This document shows, one piece after another, positions 9,649-18,876 of a stretch of DNA of 64,000 nucleotides (positions are counted from its first letter, which is position 1; each line of letters opens with the position of its first letter). Position numbers and translations under genes: made by a program. The stretch covers positions 6,208,001-6,272,000 of the forward strand of contig OZ244561.1 of NCBI GenBank assembly GCA_965217585.1. The letters run 5' to 3'. The stretch is from Candidatus Latescibacterota bacterium (GTDB lineage: Bacteria > Latescibacterota > UBA2968 > UBA8231). A model generated the notes under the pieces. That model had not been told where the DNA came from. It saw only the letters and a program-made list of their open reading frames with translations, and searched no databases.

Positions 9649-11628
9649 CTAATCGCCATCTATCGCCGCGATCTGCTCTTCGAGCTCCGCCAACATTGCC
9701 TGCAACGACTCCTCAGGCAAAAAGCGGCCACCGACGACCACACCGGCGATTTTCGCTGTATTGCGGATATCCTCCAGCGGATTGGCCTCCAGCAACAGCA
9801 AATCGGCGATCTTCCCCGCTTCCACCGTGCCGAGGGAGTCGACTTGGCCGCTGAATTTGGCTGGGTTAAGGGTCGCCGTCTGCAGCGCCTCCAGCGGCGT
9901 CAGGCCCGCTTCGACAAAGAGCGCCAGCTCGTCGTGCAGGGTGAATCCGGGATAGACGTGCGATACGGGCGCGTCCGTGCCCGCCAGCAAGGGAATCCCG
10001 GCCCGGTGCAACTCGCCGACATAGCCCAGGACGCGCTGCAGCAGTTCCCGGCGCAGTGCGTCGTCTGGCGGCTGCTCAAAGCCGCCCGTACTTTTTAATT
10101 GGTCGCCGAAGATATCCAATATCAATGGGGCGAGGTATTTGCGCTTGGCTTCGTCCGTCGGCGCGTCGGCCGTGCGGAAGAGGACGGAAAAAATCGAAAG
10201 CGTCGGCACGTACCAGGTGCCGTTGTCGACAAAGGTCGCATACAGGACCGCGGCTTTTTCGGCGCTGTACGAGTCCATGAGCTCTTGCCAGTGCGACAGC
10301 TTAGTCTCCTTGCCGACCCCATCCTGCGCCGCCCGTATGAATTCCTGCGCCGTCCGCATGAATTCCGCTTCCCGGGTGGAAGAGCCGACTAACGCGCCGT
10401 CTATGTGGTCAATAGCCCGCTGGCCCGCGGCCGCGGCCGCGGCTATGCTACCCACGGCCAGCGGCACATGGCCGGCAAAGGGAATGGACTGTTTTTTCGC
10501 CTCGTCGGCAATGGCGAAGTACACCTCGCGAGAAAGCAGGTTATAGACCTTTACAAAATCGGCACCGCGCCGCTTCAGGTCGACCACTGCCGCCCGAGCC
10601 TCGTCTGCGGTGGACAGGGCGATGGAGCCCGGCCAGATCGGCTCTGGGCCGTCGAGAATGGGGCCGGCCGCTAAAACGCGCGTCCCCAGCAGGTCGCCGC
10701 TGGCGATCCGCTCCCTTATCGCATGCCACTGCTCGGGCAGGACCGAGCCGCCCATATAGCGCACACCGGTGACGCCGTTGGCGATGAAGAGCGGAAAAAA
10801 CCACGCCGGGTCCCCGAGTATGTGGACATGCATATCCCACAGGCCGGGTAGGAGGAATTGGCCGCTAGCGTCGATCACCTCCGCGCCCGCGGGAATCGCG
10901 GTCGATCCGGCTGGGCCGAGGGCTTGGATGCGCCTGTCCTCAATTACAACCGTCATATCGGACTCGGACGGTCCGCCCGTCACATCGATGACGGTGACGT
11001 GGGTGAAGGCGAGGGGGGCCGTAGATAGCCGCCGCTGGGGCTGGGCAGGGGTCGTGTCGGCAACGCCAAACTCCGCCAGCGCCGCTTTGGCCTCTTCGTA
11101 GTCAGGGGTCAATTCGAGCGCCCGGTAAAAGGCCGCCTTGGCCTGGGCGACATCACCGTTCTTCTGATGCGCGACTCCGAGGAAGTAATGGGCTTCGGCG
11201 TGGTCGGCGTCCAATTCGACCACTTTCCGCAAATCGGCCAGGGCGGCGTCGACATTGCCGAAGGGTGGTGGCGCCATCAGGCTGGAGGTGCCGCGTCCTA
11301 GGTGCGCAGTGATATTGTCCGGATCGAGTTTGAGGGCCGTTTCAAATGCCTCCATCGCCGCCCAGCCATAGCGGGCCATCTCGATCATGTTCTCCGCTTG
11401 GTCAGCTAGGGCACCCAGCACCATCCCTTTCTGCGCCTGCACTTCGGCGTCGTTGGGGTTTTGTTGCAGCAGGGCGTCCAGTTTTTGCAGCGCTTGTTCG
11501 TACTGTCCGCCATTGATAAGGGTTTCGATCTCAGCAAACGGCTCCGCTGCCCCGGCTGCGATCGGGAAGAGAAAGAAACAGGCGGCTAGGATCATTTGGG
11601 CGCGCGTCAAAGCATTCCAATAAGTCAT
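9649..11628 (-). CDS. Secreted TPR-repeat plus amidohydrolase fusion protein
   Basis: Signal peptide, about 4 TPRs, then LPGLWDMHVH, GADFVKVY, AGHVP, IDH, LLAGTD and GKIADLLLL. Start at ATG 11628 with GAGGT RBS. Confidence 0.85.
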   Translation of the reverse strand: MTYWNALTRAQMILAACFFLFPIAAGAAEPFAEIETLINGGQYEQALQKLDALLQQNPNDAEVQAQKGMVLGALADQAENMIEMARYGWAAMEAFETALKLDPDNITAHLGRGTSSLMAPPPFGNVDAALADLRKVVELDADHAEAHYFLGVAHQKNGDVAQAKAAFYRALELTPDYEEAKAALAEFGVADTTPAQPQRRLSTAPLAFTHVTVIDVTGGPSESDMTVVIEDRRIQALGPAGSTAIPAGAEVIDASGQFLLPGLWDMHVHILGDPAWFFPLFIANGVTGVRYMGGSVLPEQWHAIRERIASGDLLGTRVLAAGPILDGPEPIWPGSIALSTADEARAAVVDLKRRGADFVKVYNLLSREVYFAIADEAKKQSIPFAGHVPLAVGSIAAAAAAGQRAIDHIDGALVGSSTREAEFMRTAQEFIRAAQDGVGKETKLSHWQELMDSYSAEKAAVLYATFVDNGTWYVPTLSIFSVLFRTADAPTDEAKRKYLAPLILDIFGDQLKSTGGFEQPPDDALRRELLQRVLGYVGELHRAGIPLLAGTDAPVSHVYPGFTLHDELALFVEAGLTPLEALQTATLNPAKFSGQVDSLGTVEAGKIADLLLLEANPLEDIRNTAKIAGVVVGGRFLPEESLQAMLAELEEQIAAIDGD

Positions 11629-11629
11629 T

Positions 11630-12211
11630 TCAAGTACCTCCATTATCGCGGGTTGATTCGGCGTCGGCGAGTTGGTTGATCTCCTCAATGCTCTTGTCAC
11701 ACCAAGCTATGGTCGCTTGAGTGGTCTGCCGGCCTAGGTCGAGGCCGAGCAACCAGTAGGGCAGATTGGGGGAGTCGGCGCGCTCGGTGCGCAGGAACTG
11801 TTCCATTTGCCTGCAATACTCCAGTCCGGCGACCTGTTCCCGACGGTATCTCTCGATGAGCGCGATATTGTCGCCGACAGCGACCTGGCTGGCGAAGAAC
11901 AGCTTGAGCAGGAATTCGCTGCGCACGGACTCGGGCTCGGGGGGCTCTTTGAGCCAGTCGTGCAGCTCGGCCCGCCCCGCATCCGTCAGGGCGTACACGT
12001 AGCGATTGAGCTTGATGGGCCGTTTTTCCGTCTGCCGGGTGGCCAGGCCTTCTTCCACGAGTCGTTTGAGGTTGGGGTAGATCTGGCCAAAGCTCTCGTT
12101 CCAGAAATGGCCGATGCTCTGTGCGATCACCTTTTTCATCTCGTAGCCCGACATGGGACGGAGGCTGAGCATACCTATAATGGCGTACTTGCTTTTATTA
12201 GTTTTTGGCAT
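11630..12211 (-). CDS. PadR family transcriptional regulator (AphA-like, with C-terminal virulence-activator domain)
   Basis: PMSGYEM...GHFWNESFGQIYPNLKRL, YALTDAGRAELHDWL and RSEFLLKLFF. Confidence 0.92.
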   Translation of the reverse strand: MPKTNKSKYAIIGMLSLRPMSGYEMKKVIAQSIGHFWNESFGQIYPNLKRLVEEGLATRQTEKRPIKLNRYVYALTDAGRAELHDWLKEPPEPESVRSEFLLKLFFASQVAVGDNIALIERYRREQVAGLEYCRQMEQFLRTERADSPNLPYWLLGLDLGRQTTQATIAWCDKSIEEINQLADAESTRDNGGT

Positions 12212-12213
12212 TG

Positions 12214-12265
12214 ATATATCTCCCAGATATATATTTGAGTATATCTAAAAGATATAAATTGTCAA
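12214..12265 (-). promoter_or_regulatory. sigma70-type promoter of padR with two palindromic operators (TATATCT-N3-AGATATA)
   Basis: Minus-strand TTGACA (12260-12265)-N16-TATACT (12238-12243). Perfect inverted repeats at 12215-12231 and 12240-12256. Confidence 0.75.
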
Positions 12266-12304
12266 GCCATAGACTTATTGGACACTGTTTTAGGTTTCAT
12301 CTAG

Positions 12305-12828
12305 CGCCTGAATTCGGCCGGGATTTAGAGCATTCCAACAGGTTGCGCCTGATGTGGTCTGGCTCGCGGATGCGCGGGCGCGGGCGGCGGGTGGATTGGT
12401 CCGGGGTTATCCGCACCACTGAGGCGACCATTGTAGAGGCGACCACGGTCAGCTTTGACTCTGCGGCCGACGGCATCACCGCGACCGAGCCGCAGGCCGT
12501 GGCTTTTCAATCGCAGATCACGGGGGATTGCGACGGGATTGAGCTGGTGCTGGACGATGGGCGAGTCGGCAGCTTGGTGTTCGACTCTGCGGCGGGGACG
12601 ACGGAGATTGATCTGGCGGGGCTAGGCTACGAGCCGCTGCGTTTCGACTACGGTGGCTTGGACATGCAGTTGGTGGTGCAGTGCTATCCCGAGCGGGTGG
12701 AAGCGCTGGAGTTGACGCTGGAGACTGTGGATCAGCCGCCGGGGGAGGGGCAGGCCGCTTATTTCGTCAAGGCCATTCAGTGTGACGGGGAGATGGCTTG
12801 GTCGAGTCCGGTGTATGTGTTGGGGTGA
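12305..12828 (+). pseudogene. Duplicated 3' fragment of the DUF3604-like gene (repeat copy 2)
   Basis: Matches 9011-9524, ends AWSSPVYVLG*, and lacks the 5' three quarters of the gene. Confidence 0.9.
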
Positions 12829-12955
12829 GGAGGGGATGTCCTATTTTGTGGGGCCGCATAGTGCGCGATACACTTGCAATTAATGAGCAATACCACATCT
12901 TCATCTTGATTGTGATAAGAAGCACACATTCCGGCCAACTTATGGGGGCAGTGCT

Positions 12956-13252
12956 ATGGATACACACGACGATAACCTGACCGATGTTCGGACGATCAAG
13001 GCATCTGAGTTCAAGGCTAAATGCCTCAAGCTGATGGATGAGGTCGCCGATAGCGGCGTCGAGATTGTCATTACCAAGAACGGTCGCCCGGTATCGCGCC
13101 TCGTGCCTTATCACAAGGAGGCATCGAGCATGTTTGGCAGGGACCGGGACCGGATACGGATACTCGGGGACATTATTTCTCCTCTGGAATTTGACTGGGA
13201 TGAGAAAAGAGAATTGGCGCTCATCCAAGGGAAGAACCCAGACAAGCCATGA
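12956..13252 (+). CDS. Phd/YefM family antitoxin
   Basis: IKASEFKAKCLKLMDEV...IVITKNGRPVSRLVP is the canonical Phd fold. Confidence 0.9.
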   Translation: MDTHDDNLTDVRTIKASEFKAKCLKLMDEVADSGVEIVITKNGRPVSRLVPYHKEASSMFGRDRDRIRILGDIISPLEFDWDEKRELALIQGKNPDKP

Positions 13253-14415
13253 ATGGAAACAACGACTCTCAAACCAAACTCCCGTCACAGCTTAACTGGC
13301 TCAACTGGCTCGGGGTATCAGACGAAGACACCGCCGCTGTCGTCGAGTATCCATTTTACTCTGATGCACATATCACGAGTAAATTCACCGACGGCTTGGG
13401 TCCGTACAGCTTTCTAAACGCTATTCCGTTACACGATGGCCCCGGCGTCGTCAATTCTCCGATCATCCTGAGGGCTGCGATACACTTGCCCCAACCTCTT
13501 CCTGACAATGACAAGTTAGAGACGGACGAATCGCTTTACCACGGTGGGGATTTTGTCGACGAACTCGCAGCACTTACGTCGGTTGCTCTTGGTGTCCGAA
13601 TACGTGCAGGCGACGAATCACGCCGGTTCGACCCCGGACAAGATCCGTACGGACAACCTAGAGATTGGAGGTACGAACCCCAACCTGTTGTTCGTGTCCA
13701 ACCTAATCGACTGATCCTTCCATCAGTCGTTGGTACACATCCAATGAGTCAATTAGAAATAATGAAATCAATTCCTCGGATTGAGCCTGCTCGATACGTC
13801 AATCTAATTCGTGCGTGCAGATCCTACCAAGATGCACTTTGGATTGCGGAATCTGAACCGAATCTCGCGTGGCTAATGTTTGTCTCTGCTCTTGAAACGG
13901 CCGCAAACGATGTTTATACGACCGACGCTAGTCCTAGTGAACGCCTTCGGACATCTAAACCGGACCTTGGAGAGCTTCTCAAAGAACATGGAGGTGATAA
14001 ACTCGTTGATCAGGTGGCTGAGTTAATTGCGGACACATTTGGGGCAACCCAGAAGTTCATCAAATTTACGCTTAGATTCAAACCAAACGAGCCAGACCAA
14101 AGGCCTGATCAGGAGTATTGCCAAGTCAAATGGTCGAACTCTGGATTGAGGGATATCCTCTACAAGGTCTATCAATATCGTTCTCGGTCTCTACATGGCG
14201 GAATACCATTTCCCGTTCCAATGCTTGGATCTCCATTCTACGCTTCCCAAGATCCGACTGCATCAGAAATTCCATTAACAGGTCTTGCTTTACATTCACG
14301 CGGTGGAACATGGATTCCGGGGGACGCCCCCATTAATCTTCATTGCTTTCACTACATTACTCGTGGAGCACTACTCAAATGGTGGGAAGAGATGTCAGAA
14401 GAGGAAAGTCAATAA
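13249..14415 (+). CDS. HEPN-domain protein (ApeA/Abi-like putative RNase)
   Basis: RxxxxH motif (YQYRSRSLHGG) preceded by a helical MFVSALE segment. Visibly more AT-rich than the backbone. ATGA overlap with the Phd gene. Confidence 0.7.
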   Translation: MNGNNDSQTKLPSQLNWLNWLGVSDEDTAAVVEYPFYSDAHITSKFTDGLGPYSFLNAIPLHDGPGVVNSPIILRAAIHLPQPLPDNDKLETDESLYHGGDFVDELAALTSVALGVRIRAGDESRRFDPGQDPYGQPRDWRYEPQPVVRVQPNRLILPSVVGTHPMSQLEIMKSIPRIEPARYVNLIRACRSYQDALWIAESEPNLAWLMFVSALETAANDVYTTDASPSERLRTSKPDLGELLKEHGGDKLVDQVAELIADTFGATQKFIKFTLRFKPNEPDQRPDQEYCQVKWSNSGLRDILYKVYQYRSRSLHGGIPFPVPMLGSPFYASQDPTASEIPLTGLALHSRGGTWIPGDAPINLHCFHYITRGALLKWWEEMSEEESQ

Positions 14416-14431
14416 AAGCGAGTATCAAACG

Positions 14432-14749
14432 ATGAGTGAACAGTTCAAAAACGAGGCACTAGCGGCTGTGCATGAGACAGCCTTTGGACTTCACGAGGCG
14501 GGCGTCCTGAACAAAGTGACCATGAGGACATTTGACGAAATGTGCCTAACACCGTTCGAAGAGTTGACCCCGGAACAGATACGTCAAATCCGGCTACGCG
14601 AGCAGGTGAGCCAATCGGTTTTTGCTCGCTATCTGAATGTCTCGGAGGGCTTGGTGAACCAGTGGGAGTGCGGCGAAAGGCATCCGCATGGGGCTTCGCT
14701 CAAGCTGCTCACGCTTGTCGCGAGGAAGGGATTACAGGCGGTAGCGTGA
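14432..14749 (+). CDS. XRE/HigA-type helix-turn-helix antitoxin (no adjacent RelE toxin)
   Basis: TMRTFDEMCL...IRQIRLREQVSQSVFARYLNVS...QWECGERHPHGASLKLL. Confidence 0.88.
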   Translation: MSEQFKNEALAAVHETAFGLHEAGVLNKVTMRTFDEMCLTPFEELTPEQIRQIRLREQVSQSVFARYLNVSEGLVNQWECGERHPHGASLKLLTLVARKGLQAVA

Positions 14750-14761
14750 AACGGAAGCAGA

Positions 14762-15364
14762 TTGGACTCAAGTCTGCCCCACGCAAGCAACGCATCATCA
14801 GAGAGGACGGCAACCATGGCTATCCCCAATCCCATAATCAAGTTTACCTACGAAGATTACCTGAATACGCCGGAAGACAAGCGCTACGAGCTTCTGGACG
14901 GAGAGTTGGTTCCGACCCCTACGCCTGGAGAACTTCATCAGAGCATTTCCATCCTGCTAGGATCGAAACTGCTTCAATTCGCGTCTGAGAGTAGCTTGGG
15001 GCGGGTCTACCACGCGCCTTTTGACGTGGTGCTGTCGGATGTGGACGTGGTGCAGCCCGATCTGCTGTTCGTCTCCAATGAGCGCGGCCACATCATCACT
15101 CCCGCGAACATTCAGGGCGCACCGGACTTGGTCGTCGAAATCCTGTCCCCTTCCACAGCCGAACGCGACAGGACGTTCAAGCGCACTCTGTATGCCAATC
15201 ACGGTGTGAACGAGTACTGGATGGTGGACACCACCGCAAAAGACATAACAGTTCTGCTGCTCGGCGAGCGCGGATACGAGATCGTGGATACCTACGGCGA
15301 AGGAGAGACCTTGACTTCGCCGGCATTGCAAGGCTTTGCGTTGAATGTCGGCGATCTATTCTAA
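14762..15364 (+). repeat. Direct repeat copy 1 (Uma2 gene plus upstream BrnA-like remnant); copy 2 at 27188-27792
   Basis: About 600 bp of near-identical DNA from ttggactcaag to gatctattctaa in both copies. Confidence 0.95.
14816..15364 (+). CDS. Uma2 family (DUF820) PD-(D/E)XK endonuclease
   Basis: RYELLDGEL, VVQPDLLFV, GAPDLVVEILSPST and YANHGVNEYWMVD. Confidence 0.92.
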   Translation: MAIPNPIIKFTYEDYLNTPEDKRYELLDGELVPTPTPGELHQSISILLGSKLLQFASESSLGRVYHAPFDVVLSDVDVVQPDLLFVSNERGHIITPANIQGAPDLVVEILSPSTAERDRTFKRTLYANHGVNEYWMVDTTAKDITVLLLGERGYEIVDTYGEGETLTSPALQGFALNVGDLF

Positions 15365-15393
15365 GTGCCTGACAGCTTGAATTTCACGGCGGA

Positions 15394-15720
15394 TTAGCCC
15401 GTCAGTTGGTATATCCGTCCTGGCTCCACCCCTTTGGCCAGTACGTCTTCAATCGCAGGCACAAACTTCTCAGTATCCTCCAAGCGATTGCTCCTTGATA
15501 CCAACAAGATCACAGCAAGATTATACTGGGGTAAATGCTGTTGGTGTTCCATGTTCCGGTCCATCGTTACCAGCACATCGAACCCCTGCTCTGCTGCCTC
15601 TAGCAGATCTCCGTTGCGCATGCCGGTCCATCCCATCTCACGGACGGAACAAACCTCGTGCGCATCAGTGAATACGCGAGCTATACGCCAATTAAGTTGC
15701 TCATCAATCAAGACGCGCAT
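15394..15720 (-). CDS. DUF5615 PIN-like toxin (VapC45-like)
   Basis: MRVLIDEQL, GWTGMRNGDLL, FDVLVTMDRNM; adjacent to a DUF433 gene. Confidence 0.85.
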   Translation of the reverse strand: MRVLIDEQLNWRIARVFTDAHEVCSVREMGWTGMRNGDLLEAAEQGFDVLVTMDRNMEHQQHLPQYNLAVILLVSRSNRLEDTEKFVPAIEDVLAKGVEPGRIYQLTG

Positions 15721-15724
15721 CAGG

Positions 15725-15955
15725 TCAGGATAAAGGCTCTTGCGGTGTGCTCTCCAAGGCTTCGGCCAGAGCCAATTCGAGAAATGCCTCGGCTTGCTCG
15801 CGGCTTACGCTTGGGAAGCCGTCGAGGAATTGCTCAAGAGAATCACCGGCCTTCAGGTGAATGATAAGGCTATCTACAGGAACCCGGGTGCCCGTGAACA
15901 CGGGGGTTCCCCCTATGATCTCGGGATCAGAGTGATAAATCTGATGCTTGTCCAT
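15725..15955 (-). CDS. DUF433 antitoxin
   Basis: DPEIIGGTPVFTGTRVPV...GDSLEQFLDGFPSVSREQ. Confidence 0.92.
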   Translation of the reverse strand: MDKHQIYHSDPEIIGGTPVFTGTRVPVDSLIIHLKAGDSLEQFLDGFPSVSREQAEAFLELALAEALESTPQEPLS

Positions 15956-16077
15956 TTTGTCATCTCACAGGGTTGTTTCTCTTTAAGATGACTCTGCACC
16001 GCACGGTAGGCAAGTGGTTTCACGGTAGAAAACAGGTCTGCTTGCCGCCCGGTTACTGATCCCTCGGTGGGCGGCCA

Positions 16078-16110
16078 GCTTGGTCGAGTCCGGTGTACGT
16101 TTCAGCCTGA
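16078..16110 (+). repeat. Third, short copy of the DUF3604-like gene 3' end
   Basis: gcttggtcgagtccggtgta (20 bp) is identical at 9499, 12796 and 16078. This copy reads AWSSPVYVSA*. Confidence 0.8.
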
Positions 16111-16302
16111 CGGAGGGACGGCCCTTTTGCAGAAATAGGGCACCTAGCAGAAATTTGTATCGGCGCATCTATATATGCGGCAAACATAGAGAACTATCGC
16201 CCGGGAGACCCCAATTAGCCCAGCGAGTTGCTCGTGAACACACGTCGTAGGTGCATCCGGGACATGATGGCGTTGGTTCGGCACCCTGATAACAATAATA
16301 CC

Positions 16303-17462
16303 TAAGTAGGTGACAAAAAGTTCGTTTACACCAGGTTTATGACTTCAGCCAGAAATTATCAGCGTAGACGCCGGCTTTTTGCAATCGCTCCTGCGGCCTC
16401 AGTTGCCAGATATACTGGCATGCCCTATCGGCGGACTCATCGATGGAGGCGGTGGGTTGGTTGGCCAACCCGCGTCCTTTCACCCAACGCCATAAATGAT
16501 CCATCGCATTCAACTCCGGGGTGGCCCGCGGTAATAGACGAATTTCCATATTCAGGTCGGCCGCCAACCGCAAACTGCCTTCCGCTTTATGAGGCGAGCC
16601 CCGATCTTCAAAGAGGACGATCTGCCATCCGCGCCAGTGGGCGCGTATGAGACGCAGAAAAATCTGGTGGGTATCTTGCGTCCATTCCTGCGAAATCAGC
16701 AGCGCGACCTCGCCACTTTTGATGTTAAGCGCGCCGTGCAGAATCCGTTTGGCGCGCTGGCCGGTGATCGGCACCTGCACCGGTTGGCCACGGTGCCCAT
16801 AACAACTATACAACGGCGGCGTTTCGGTGAGAATGACTTCATCCAGCATGAGGATTACGGTGCGTTTCCGCGTCGCCAGCCCCTTTTTAACCCGCCTTTG
16901 GCTTGCCGCCAAGTCGGCGAGCGCAAGGACAAGGTATGCCGAGGCCGTTTCCATTTAATATCTAATCGAACCAGCGCTTGGCGGATACTAGACACCGAAA
17001 CGCAGAGGGTATGCTCTGCGTGTAGATACTGCGCCAATAACGACGCGGTCCATACCGTTGAATTGAGGCCGAAAAGACGAGGATCGTGATCGATGACTTC
17101 GTCTAGCAGGGGCTCAATCACGCCTTTTACTTTACCCGGTCGTCCACTGCGGGGGGCGGCTTGAAGGCGCGTCGCCAGATTCGAGATCGACGATTGCTCA
17201 AACAGCCGGATCCATTTATAGATGGCTTGACGCGTAACACACAGGCGTTGAGCAACATGAGTTACCGAATCGCCCGCCGCCACCCAAAGCAGGGCTTGCG
17301 CTCGACGTAAGACCATCGCATCCGGGGTTTGGACGACCAAAGCCTCCAACAAGCGGCGCTCGCGGCGGGGAAGGGAAAACGGAGTCATAAGCGGCCTCCG
17401 GGCATACAACTAAGTTTAGAGGGCAAGGGAAAAGTGTCAACGGACTTTTTGTTAACTACTTA
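16303..17462 (-). mobile_element. IS630-family insertion sequence
   Basis: Terminal inverted repeats CTAAGTAGGTGACAAAAAGTTCGTTTACAC (16302-16331) and the reverse complement of 17434-17463 match at 26/30. Duplicated TA target within CTAG; DDE transposase inside. Confidence 0.92.
16337..17388 (-). CDS. IS630 transposase: two ORFs (HTH part and DDE part) joined by a probable -1 programmed frameshift
   Basis: ORF A has HTH and GRP motifs; ORF B has MLDE, FEDRGSPH and PELNAMDHLWRWVK. Slippery TTAAAAAG on the minus strand at 16883-16890 lies in the overlap. GGAGG RBS before ATG 17388. Confidence 0.85.
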
Positions 17463-17495
17463 GTCCGTGCCCCATTGAACCTCGACGACATATCC

Positions 17496-18866
17496 TTAAT
17501 AGAGTGCGGTGGTGTATCCAGGATTGAGAGACAGAAAGCTATTAGGATTGGGAACGGCGAGGCGCTGGTCAACAGAGAGCAGATCAATATCGATCAACTG
17601 ATAGGGGTTCTCGCCATGGAGAAGGCGTAGCACTTGGGCTAGTGCCAGCGTAGCCGCTACGGTGCCTACGAAGGGTGCGCCGACTGCCTTACCAGCTAGA
17701 AGCGTAACGCCGCAGCGATCCAGCTCGCCACTTTTGAGCATCTCTTGATAGGCAGGGCGATCCGCAACCGTTTCGGAGGGTGTCGCCGACTTCCAAATAT
17801 CCGCCGCCGAACGTGCCTCTGGTAGTACGTGTAGGCGTATGGTACGGAAGTTTTGTTGCCCTCTGCCAAGTCCGGCCTCGACAACCAGATCAAATCCCAC
17901 TTGATCGAGTGCTTGCCGTCCTAGAGCATTATCCAGACCACACAACGCGATGGCTGGTTCTTCATTTTGGCGATGGAAGCTGTTATCGAACCGTCGCTCC
18001 TGCAACGCTGTCGCAAACCCGCGTCGTTCTGCCCAAGTAGCCATGGCACGGGTCTTTTTCTGGCCTGCCATCGCCGCGTCGCTCAAAATTGACGTGCTTT
18101 CGGTTGATGGCGTGATCTCGTCTATATCCTGCAGCACGATAGAGAGACTACTTAGCTCTTTATATGGCAGTAGCCCAAGACCCCAAAGATACGCTTGCCC
18201 TAGGTGTCCGAGCCCGATTAGCCAAAGCCGCGATGGGAGATAGGTTATCTGAGGCTCGCCTAGATCAGGCTCAAGCCAATTTATGTCTGCGGCAGGCCGC
18301 CACAGTGAGAATCCTATCGGCCGTCGTCCAGCCGCAGGACTGCCTCCTTCCACGAATAGGAAGGCTTCATTAACTGCGAGGCCAGCGGACAGCATAGCCG
18401 CCAATGGTACAGTCGGTCCTGGGGCCGGCATTAGCTTTGAGTGCGCCGGAAGGATACCACCTCGCCATCCGGCGACTGCCGTGCGTATGTGAAACCCGGG
18501 CCGCTGTCGACGAGGCCCTCCGCCAATAACAATAGTCGGCGTTCCATCGGCTGGAGGCGTAAGCGTGCCACCGAGATCTATCACAGCCTCGTGGAGTCTA
18601 CACCGCAGGGGTAGTGGCACCTTCAGCGGTACATCTAAGTCGCCTTCTACGGAAACCCCACCGAGGAACACGCGACGTCCCAGTGCAACTGCTGTCAACA
18701 ACGCAATTTGATTGAGTGAATTCCGCGACTCTCGGCCGTGGATGGTAAGCGCAAGGCGATAGCCTTGAAAGAGACTCTTGGCCTCGTCGAGACTCTTGGC
18801 CTCTCCGCTATCGAGTGCGTACTTGACTAAGCGGTGCAGGTTGTCGGCGTGTGGTTTGGCAGTCAT
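17496..18866 (-). CDS. bilD: E1-like (ThiF) ubiquitin-activating enzyme of a Bil system
   Basis: N-terminal inactive adenylation-like domain, GLGHLGQ nucleotide-binding loop, QDIDEI, KKTR, CGLDN, and a candidate catalytic Cys385 in LDRCG followed by GAPFVG. Confidence 0.85.
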   Translation of the reverse strand: MTAKPHADNLHRLVKYALDSGEAKSLDEAKSLFQGYRLALTIHGRESRNSLNQIALLTAVALGRRVFLGGVSVEGDLDVPLKVPLPLRCRLHEAVIDLGGTLTPPADGTPTIVIGGGPRRQRPGFHIRTAVAGWRGGILPAHSKLMPAPGPTVPLAAMLSAGLAVNEAFLFVEGGSPAAGRRPIGFSLWRPAADINWLEPDLGEPQITYLPSRLWLIGLGHLGQAYLWGLGLLPYKELSSLSIVLQDIDEITPSTESTSILSDAAMAGQKKTRAMATWAERRGFATALQERRFDNSFHRQNEEPAIALCGLDNALGRQALDQVGFDLVVEAGLGRGQQNFRTIRLHVLPEARSAADIWKSATPSETVADRPAYQEMLKSGELDRCGVTLLAGKAVGAPFVGTVAATLALAQVLRLLHGENPYQLIDIDLLSVDQRLAVPNPNSFLSLNPGYTTALY

Positions 18867-18876
18867 GGATAATCCT

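Noticed and set aside
12205-12304. N-terminal part of the 207-aa ORF 12205..12828
   Set aside because: Runs through the padR promoter and operators; only the part from 12305 is homologous to a real gene.
14285-14431. N-terminal extension of the HTH ORF
   Set aside because: Overlaps the HEPN gene; the family-typical start is ATG 14432.
16855-16954. Transposase as a frameshifted pseudogene
   Set aside because: The overlap contains an AAAAAG slippery site typical of IS630 programmed frameshifting, and the element ends are intact.
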